NCBI GenBank assembly: GCA_951406725.2
Contig: OX597820.1
Location: forward strand, 100,068,001 to 100,132,000
Reading direction: 5' to 3'
DNA length: 64,000 bases
From: Octopus vulgaris
Taxonomy: Eukaryota
The position numbers were made by a program, and so were the translations under genes. The first letter of the stretch is position 1. Each line of letters begins with the position of its first letter. The notes under the pieces were generated by a model. It saw only the letters and a list, made by a program, of their open reading frames with translations, made no database searches and was not told the DNA's origin. Shown here in pieces: positions 56,655-64,000 of this stretch.

Positions 56655-58052
56655 ATGGCGACTTACGCGGGGGTCACGGGAAAGAAAAATAATGATTCGT
56701 CGATAATCGTGAAGGATGTTTTCTTTGAGAAAAGTAAACTCAAAGAATATGAAAAGCTATTCAAAAGGGAGGGTGATAGCGTGAAGCTAATCCCCCCGCG
56801 AAAGCAAAAGAGGACAAAGAAAACAAGACTGTAACGTATAGAACCCAGGACAAAAGTACAAAGAAACTGGCAAGAGTGGAGATAGCAGAGATCGAAAAAT
56901 GTCTGGGAGACATAATGGATAAATCGACCTACGTGAGTAGAGGAAAAAATTTGGTACGGTGGAGGTGAGATGTGCAACGGAAGAAATTGCAGCCTCACTG
57001 GCTACCACTGTTCTAAGAGCGGAAACATTTATAATGTGGCCCTCATACAAGGGAAGAAGAGGGGTCCGGGTTAAAATCCCGAATATACCCCCAGAAGTAA
57101 AACAGAATGGCTGGCAACAGCTATTCTAGGAGCAGCAGAAGAGGAAGTGGAGGTGGAATCCTTTAAGGAGTCCAACGCAGTAAATTGGAGAGGATATGGG
57201 GTAGAACTGTGTTTGATGGCCACAAAAGAGGACATTGAAAGGTTCCCCTATAGAATAGAAATCGAAGACGAGAAAACCCTCAGTGTAATTGTAGAGGGAA
57301 GAAAGCCAAACTGCTACTTGTGCGGGACAAGGGGGCACATTAAAAAAGAGTGCCCGTTATACGAATTCGTAGCGGAGTGCGAGCAGGAACTCGAAGAAAG
57401 AAGAATACGGTAAATGAAAAAGAAAACATAGAAAAGGAAACAAAACAACAAGAGAAAGGAAATAATAAGTCAATGAAGGAAAAAGAAATAAAAGAAAAGA
57501 AAGAAATAGAACCAAAACAGAGTCAGGAAAAGAAAAAGGAAAAAGAAACAACAGGAAAAAAACAAGAGAGAGATCAGAATCAAACGAAAAGAAAAGACGG
57601 CACACAAAAAGAAAAAGAAAAGGAACATAAAACACGAGAGAAAGAGAGAACAGACAAAGAACCAAAAAGACAAGAGAAGGAAGGAGAAAGAAAAGAAGGC
57701 AAAAAGAGAGAAAGAGAGAAACAAAGAGAGGAGAACAAGGAAGAAATAAGCCCGAAAAGAAAAACGAGAGAAAACGTAGGACGGAAACAAGATTACTACA
57801 AGTTAATAACCTTCCATTTCAGCCCCTGAAATGAAGGAATTGACATGTAGTACGGAGGGACATATGTGGGTCAACAGGATGACTGATCAGTGGCAGGAGA
57901 CTGCTCTGATCCCCGAAGAAAGAGTCGCTGAGTTCCTCAGAGCAGCTGGAGAGAGTGTAATATTTTACACGGGTGTTCGAATGAAAGAGCGGCTGCCTGA
58001 GGGCTCAGTGATTGACTTTAGAGACTTGAAAGGTATTATGGAATACGTGTGA
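56655..58052 (+). CDS. ORF1-like protein, copy 22 (several frameshifts)
   Basis: Several 1-bp indels, mostly in homopolymers. Confidence 0.65.
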
Positions 58053-58291
58053 GATTGTGAGAGAGAGAGAAGAAAGAAGAGAAAAAGAAAAAAATTGTGA
58101 ACTATATGTGACGAAAATGTAACCTCTCGATTCCGGGGATCGAGTGGGCATTTGCATCTCATTGTAAATATTCTTTCATTTGTCATTTTTACTTTTATTT
58201 TTTCCTTTTCTTGTCATTTCGCTTTCTTATTTTAAGTTCCCCGATTGTATTGTCCCCTCTATGTTCGCCCCTTGTGGGTAGTAATAAAATC

Positions 58292-58303
58292 ACATGGAGG
58301 AAA
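58292..58303 (+). repeat. Putative target-site duplication, left copy (ACATGGAGGAAA)
   Basis: Identical 12-mer at 63546-63557, right after the LINE 3' end. Confidence 0.75.
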
Positions 58304-58520
58304 TCAATTTTTTGCGTTATTAGTAAGTTGATATATATTTTTGCTCTCATACTACTTATCTCTGTTATTATATACTGTTGGTCTACCTTTTTTGTCCATT
58401 GTTGTCTAACGGACGAAGTCAACCTTCGCGCGAAGACTTCGCGTTGGTGTTCCCCCCTCAGTGGGGGAAAACTACAATCAATTTAGATTACCAAAGGCTT
58501 GTTAAAGCCATTTGTTCAAG

Positions 58521-59983
58521 ATGGAGTCCCCCATCACTTATTCGCCCGTGACGAGCGAGGATGAATACCCGGCGTTGTCGCCAAGTAAAAAAGAGGCGTT
58601 GTCGCCAAGAAAAAAAGAGGCGCTGTCGCCGAAGAAAAAAGAGGCGGAGTCGCCCAAGAAAATGGTAAAACCAGTACCAGCATCAACTCCAGCAAAAAAA
58701 TTCGCTGAAGTGGCTGGGAAGAAAATTAAAAAAATTAACGTGGACAACCTGGGAAAACATGCGGACTGTGTGTCAAAAGAGGGCACGGAAGTAACCGTGG
58801 CTTCAAACGCCAAAATACAGGAGGATATTTCGAATAGGAGAATAATCTATAAGACATTTAGTATAACAAACAGAGCAATCCAAAAAATAGAGGAGAAAAA
58901 GATTGAAAACTGCTTAAAGCCAATAATGGATAAAATTACGTATATCAATCGAGGGAAGAAATACGGCACAGTGGAGGTGAGATTCACGTCAGAGGAGGTA
59001 GCGAAGAAGCTATCCATGGAACCCATAAAAGCGGAGGATATTGTTCTCCTACCCCTGTATAAAGGCAAGAGAACTTCCAAGATCTCAATGAACAACATCC
59101 CGCCAGAAGCGGATGCCGAAGTCCTAGTGGCAGCAGTTATGGTAGGCCTGGAGGAAAAAATAAACATCCTCCAGGCCACCGTAGAAGAAGAAGAATTCTG
59201 GAAAGGGCAAAAGATAATAATAGCCATACAAGCAGAAGTACAAACCCTGGAAGAGATCCCAGAGACTCTAAGGATAAGCGAAGATGAAAGAGTCACAGTC
59301 TTCGTAGAGGGCAGAAAGCCGAGGTGCTTCGGCTGCGGTAAGAAGGGGCATGTAAGGGCGGAATGCCAGCCCCAACCCAAACCGCAGGAAGCACCTAAGC
59401 CAAAAGAAAAAGAAGACAATGTGTCACCAGAAGCAGCGTCAGACGGCCCAGAAGGGAAGACTGAAGGTGTGGAGGTGATGGTAACAGCAGAACCAGCGGC
59501 GGAGAAAAAAAGAGCGAGGAAAAGATAAATGAGGAGGGGTGGGCAAAAATTATCGGAAAAAAAAAAAAGAAAAACGGAAACCACCCCTCCCAGAGTAATT
59601 TTAAAAAAGAAAAAAGAGTCAATGAACTCATATATGGCCGTAAAAGCATCAAATAGCAGACTCGGAAACGTGTTGGCAGCCATGGCCAATGTGAAGAGAG
59701 TAGAGAAAAAAATGACTTTGTAATTTACAAAATAGACCGGAAGGATTACGGGCGGATAAAGTCAGATTTCTTCCATGACGTAGGCCCACTTAGGTTGGAT
59801 GTAACATCTCCACATATATTCGAGGGCCTACGTCAGACTCCCCCACGAGGCCCAGAAAAAGAGAAGGAAAGAAGAAAAAACCGAACCACTGATATAAAGG
59901 TAAGTAATGGATTACATTTATGTTGGTTGTTTAAATGTGCGCGGCCTGGGAGCAGGCTGGAAGCAAGGTCGCTTCCTGCATGA
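58521..59983 (+). CDS. LINE ORF1 (nucleic-acid-binding, CCHC knuckle), with frameshifts in purine/A runs near 59505-59560 and 59710
   Basis: ATG at 58521; CFGCGKKGHVRAEC; open to 59528. Shifted frames continue through 59529-59723 and then to TGA at 59981-59983; the C-terminal extent is inferred. Confidence 0.75.
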
Positions 59984-62900
59984 TATCAGGTCGCGTAATT
60001 TAGATGTTATTGTTGCTACAGAAACCCGGCTAGAGGGGCCAAGAGGTCTACTCCCGCTGTTTGACGGCTACGAGAGTTTTTTCTCTCCTGGCAGTCCTAC
60101 AGGCGGGAGTGGGGTGTTGGTCCTATTAAAAAGAAACCGGGTTTCTGAGAAAAAGTTAATTTTTGCAGATCCAGAAGGTAGGCTGGTCGTCATGGATTTG
60201 ACGTTCAGTAATGGTAAAGTTATCAGACTGGTTGCAATTTACGCACCCAACCATACAGGGCAAAGTGATTATTTTCGTGAACTAGAAAACTTTCTTGGTA
60301 CTTCGCATTCATTAGTGGTGCTAGGAGACTTTAACACAATTTGCAAAGCGGATGTAGATTATGTTGGCTCGTGTCCAGATAGAAAAGGCAACAGTGGCTT
60401 CATGGAACTGCTAAGCCGCTTTGAGCTAGCAGATCCTTATAGGCTGGAATTTCCGAACGCTCCATTGTGGACATGGTCAAACAGCGACGGATCTTCCAGG
60501 TCGTATCTAGATAGAATACTAATTAGAAAAGTAGACAGTAAAATAGCTAAGTGTCCACAGTTTTACCCGATCAGCTACAGTGATCATAAAATGGTCACTT
60601 GTAAGCTTGACATAGATAAGGTTAAAAATAGAGGATCCGGTTACTGGAAACTTAATACGTCCCTTTTGGCGATTAAGGAGTACAAAGACCGGATTAGGAA
60701 TATAATTCAGAGGGCACTATCTGGTACCATCATTAATAACAAATGGTGGTACGTCCTCAAACGAGCCATCAAGTTTGAGTCTATTAGATAGCATAGGAGT
60801 AGTGGCTAGAGAGGCTAGAAGGGAAACTACTCTAGTTAAGGAATTAGAGGAAGCCATGAAAACTGGCTCTGCGGCTCAGGTGGCGGCCAAGAGACTGGTG
60901 TTAAACCAGCACCTCGAGGCCAAACACATGGGCTGCATTGTCAGGGCTAGAATCCGTCATATGGGATGTGAAGGAATCAACGCCGTGAGATGGGCCCGAG
61001 TGGTGGAAGCTCAGCATGGTAACGATGCCACGATTCGATCTTTGACGAACCAACAAGGTGAGTTGATAAACGAACCCGAGGAGATGTGTGAGGCCTTTCA
61101 GGAGCACTTCGCTCAGCTTTTCGGTGAGTGCGGCGGACTGGATAGGAGGAGGGCCTTTACGGACCTACTCGACGGTCTGCCGCGCTTATCGGGGCAAGAT
61201 GCGGAGGGCTGTGAAGGGCCAATCACGCCTGAGGAGGTGGTTGAGGCAATGGCGGACTGCGGCGCGGGCAAGGCGCCGGGTTTGGATGGTCTACCCTATG
61301 AGTTATATAAGAGTATGCCAGACTTGTTCGGGCACCTACTGGCGGAGGTCTACGCGAACTGGCAGCAGAACGGGCTTATACCCAGATCTGTGCGTCGGGG
61401 AGTAGTGACTCTCGTCAGAAAGGATCCGAGCAAGGGGGAGTGCATTGATAATTTCAGGCCCATCACTCTGCTAAACACAGAGTTGAAGATTTTGGCCAAA
61501 GTGTTATCGAAAAGATTGGCGCGTGTCGCGGATGGTCTGATCGGAGGGGCACAGACATGTGCCGTTCCGGGCAGATCCATTCAGGATAATCTCCATCTAA
61601 TGCGGTACACTATAGAGGGGTTTAATAGTGATTCTGGCAAGGGTGGGGCACTGGTCCATTTAGACCAATCTAAAGCTTTTGATAGGGTCGACCATCGTTA
61701 CCTGGTATCTGCCCTGGCACAGTTCGGGCTGAGCCTTGGATTCCTCAGGTGGATTATCCAAATTTATGATAACATCGACTCGGTAGTTCGGGTGAACGGC
61801 TTCTTGTCGAAGCCGTTCAAAATCAAACGCTCGGTTCGTCAAGGGTGTCCGCTCTCCCCGCTTTTGTACGTGATGGCTCTTGAGCCATTACTGCGAAAAC
61901 TGAGCGGCATCCCGAGACAGCCAGGTAATGGAAAATCAGTGTCAGCGTACGCGGATGACATCACCATCATCGTAACCGAAATGGACCACCTATGTAAAGT
62001 AGGCAAGGCCATAGAGGTGTACGAGACGGTGACAGGAGCAAAAGTTAATCGCGAAAAGTCAGTCGGCTTGCAACTCGGCACCTGGAGAGGCAAGTCGATG
62101 CCTCCTGACAGCGTCGTGGGACGTTGGACGGAGGGTCCGATTAAACTGCTAGGGGTCTGGTTCGGTCCAGACCTCCAAATAGAGAAGAATTGGGGCGAGG
62201 TAACGAGCAAGGTGGCTGCAGTAGCCAAGACCTGGTCTTGGCGGTGGCTATCCCTGAAAGGGAGGGCGGAGGTGGCCAATGTGTTTATCGCATCGGTTAT
62301 CACCTACCGCCTTTCCGTCGTTCCTTGCCCTGATTCGTGGTTGATCAAGTTGGAAAGACAGCTCTTCTACTTCTTGTGGAAGGGCGGGAAACCACTTGTG
62401 AAACGCTCTACTTGCTGTCAACAACCGTTAAAGGGTGGGCTAGGGATGCCTTGGCTGATGATGCGCAGACATGCGCTGAGGTTAAGACATCTGTGGCTCT
62501 ACCTGGATGGTGAACGGGTGTGGTCTTCGCTAGCAAAACTGATGTTTCCCAAGTTCACTAGTTTCGGTGGATGGGAAACCTGGCTGAATCGTAGATCGAA
62601 ACTTGGTACTTGGTACACGGAGTGTCGCAAGGCTCTCCTGCTATTCCGTCGCTCGGGCAACGCCTGCGGTGGGGGTTCCACCACTTTCTTCTATAGAGGG
62701 TTGGTAGAGGCGGAATGTGAAGATACCTTGGGGAAACCCTAGGTCTCGACGATAACCAGCTGGCCAGTCTGTTCCGACGTACGTTCGAGCCAAGGACACT
62801 GGACAACTTCCAGAAGTCTCTGGCATGGCAATGCTACAGAGGAGCTCTACCTGTTCGGGATAAACTCGCAAGGCACGGTGGCCAAGACAGTCCGATATGT

Positions 62901-63299
62901 CCAAGATGCGGGCGGGATAGGGAAACCGTCCCGCACGCGATTGTTCATTGTCCGGACGTGTCTGAGGTGTGGGTTTATGCCGAACACCTGTTGTCAGGTA
63001 CACGAAGAGTACAGCTGTCGACTGAGTCGATTACAAAAATTGACCCACCGGATTTCCTCGTGAATGAAGGTAAGTTTCGTTTTCTCGTTGTAGTAGCAAT
63101 CGCGAAAGAGGTGATATGGAAGACGAGAATGAAAGGTTTACAGTCAGGCAAGTTCATCTCCGGCCCTGGTTTGATGAATTATTTCATCTTTCACCTGAAA
63201 AGGAAGATAGGGCTGGAGAGAATATGCCTGACTAGGAGAGCGTATGAAGAACGATGGAAGGATGTAGCACGGAAGTTGCGAATGAAAGTTACAACATAA
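59907..63299 (+). CDS. LINE ORF2: APE endonuclease + reverse transcriptase + C-terminal Cys/His motif (two frameshifts, near 60788 and 62732)
   Basis: EN motifs LNVRGL, ETRL, IYAPN, GDFN, LDRIL, SDH; linker GYWKLNTSLL; RT motifs KAPGLDG, FRPITLLN, KAFDRV, RQGCPLSP, YADD, KGGLG; C-terminal CPRCGRDRETVPHAIVHC. Typical of Tx1/L1. Confidence 0.93.
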
Positions 63300-63499
63300 A
63301 TGTAATACCAAGTGCAACCAAAAGTATCAGTGGGGAGGCGGGGCTCGTGGGGTCCGAGCTAAACCCGCACCCACTCCACCCGTAATGTCTTCCGGTCTGT
63401 CCTATCACTCGATTTCTGTCCATTTATTGTTATTCATGAAAATTTTTAAACCCGATTTATTGTAAAAACCCATTCGTTTGTCTGACCCCATCATCAGAA

Positions 63500-63545
63500 T
63501 GTATTGTCCCATCTGTGTTCGCCCCTTGTGGGTAATAATAAAACA
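63500..63545 (+). other. Conserved 3' terminal sequence shared by LINE, array units and a SINE; includes polyadenylation-like AATAAA
   Basis: tgtattgtcccatctgtgttcgccccttgtgggtaataataaaa vs unit tgtattgtcccctctatgttcgccccttgtgggtagtaataaaa, 41/44 identical. Confidence 0.85.
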
Positions 63546-63830
63546 ACATGGAGGAAAGCACCTTCGAAAAGTGTCTTGGTGCGACTATGAAAGACATCTA
63601 ATCAGAGGCGGTAAGTTCGCCACAATAGAAGCAAGGTTCGAGTCAACGGAGCGTGCAAGGGAGTACTCGACTAGAACTTGCAAAGTGGAATTTTTTCATT
63701 TTTACCTTTATATCTGGGACGTAGGACGTCCCGGTAAAAAAAATTTAAATGCCTCCCATCTAGAAGTAGAGGTAGGCTGGATTGTAGCCACACGTCTATA
63801 CCAGAAGGAAGGACAAAATACAATTGATCG
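63546..63830 (+). pseudogene. 3' part of the decayed ORF1 that was the insertion target; begins with the right TSD copy
   Basis: In shifting frames: MEESTFEKCLGATMK, RGGKFATIEARFESTERA, LPLYLGRRTSR, EVEVGWIVA. These are collinear with IEEKKIENCL, RGKKYGTVEVRFTSEEVA, LPLYKGKRTSK (LINE) and EVKTEWLATA (unit). Confidence 0.75.
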
Positions 63831-63864
63831 AAATTACAAGAGATGGATTAACAATTCCAGTCTG

Positions 63865-63925
63865 TAATATATTTTGAGTATTGTTATCACTAGCGATATC
63901 AAGATATAACATTGTATTTTGTATT
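63865..63925 (-). repeat. Inverted copy of the dispersed repeat at about 17850-17906
   Basis: Reverse complement acaaaatacaatgttatatcttgatatcgctagtgataacaatactcaaaatatat matches acaaaatataaagttatatcttgagaacgttagtgacaacaacgctcaaaatatat. Confidence 0.6.
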
Positions 63926-64000
63926 TTATGTGTAGATGTATATATATAGGTGTACATGTAATATGAACACATATATATACACATATATACATGCACTAGC

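Larger units (their letters stand above)
19111..58291 (+). mobile_element. Tandem array of 22 head-to-tail ~1.78 kb ORF1-only non-autonomous non-LTR retroelements
   Basis: 22 ATG (ctctagtcATGgcgact) and stop (tacgtgTGA) pairs at ~1781 bp spacing. Each unit has a ~130 nt leader, an ORF1-like CDS, and a ~240 nt 3' UTR ending ccccttgtgggtagtAATAAA. Confidence 0.92.
58304..63545 (+). mobile_element. Full-length Tx1/L1-clade non-LTR retrotransposon (~5.2 kb)
   Basis: ~215 nt 5' UTR, ORF1 with CCHC knuckle, ORF2 with APE-RT-zinc motif, ~245 nt 3' UTR ending AATAAA, flanked by a 12-bp direct repeat. Confidence 0.92.

Noticed and set aside
19111-58291. Array as a CRISPR-like locus or an ordinary host gene family
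   Set aside because: No unique spacers or cas genes. The units are intronless, homologous to the LINE ORF1 and carry the LINE 3' tail. Host co-option is not excluded.
19382-58422. Recurrent minus-strand ORFs (F/L/S-rich, 60-190 aa) in every unit
   Set aside because: Antisense shadows of the purine-rich ORF1; no motifs, and they recur only because the unit repeats.
58847-59689. 280-aa minus-strand ORF opposite the LINE ORF1
   Set aside because: No recognisable motifs; explained by the codon bias of the sense ORF.
19111-63545. Telomeric HeT-A-like array
   Set aside because: Both flanks belong to one interrupted interstitial sequence and no telomeric repeat is visible; the HeT-A comparison is architectural only.
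63478-63867. 129-aa ORF
   Set aside because: Chimeric frame running from the LINE 3' UTR into a frameshifted ORF1 relic; not a gene.

Overview
Repeat-dense eukaryotic DNA with no recognisable host gene. The SINE families resemble those of octopod cephalopods (inference from recalled consensus, not searched). 1-19 kb is a mosaic of microsatellites, tRNA-derived SINEs, two head-to-tail non-autonomous Helitrons, a ~10 kb interrupted inverted duplication, RTE and Gypsy relics, and a foldback repeat. 19.1-58.3 kb is a head-to-tail array of 22 near-identical ~1.78 kb units. Each unit encodes only a LINE ORF1-like protein (466 aa when intact, CCHC knuckle) and has no reverse transcriptase. The array is directly followed by a near-intact Tx1/L1-clade LINE (58.3-63.5 kb; ORF1, APE endonuclease, RT, C-terminal zinc motif). 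Units and LINE share a 44-nt 3' terminus (41/44 identical), and a SINE in the window ends in a similar tail. The LINE is flanked by a 12-bp direct repeat, ACATGGAGGAAA, and variants of this 12-mer separate the array units. The whole 44 kb block splits a third, decayed ORF1 in codon register. Best candidate new system: a possibly site-specific Tx1 LINE with an ORF1-only non-autonomous partner that stacks in tandem at one target inside another retroelement ORF1. Copy number and frameshifts may be affected by long-read assembly error.
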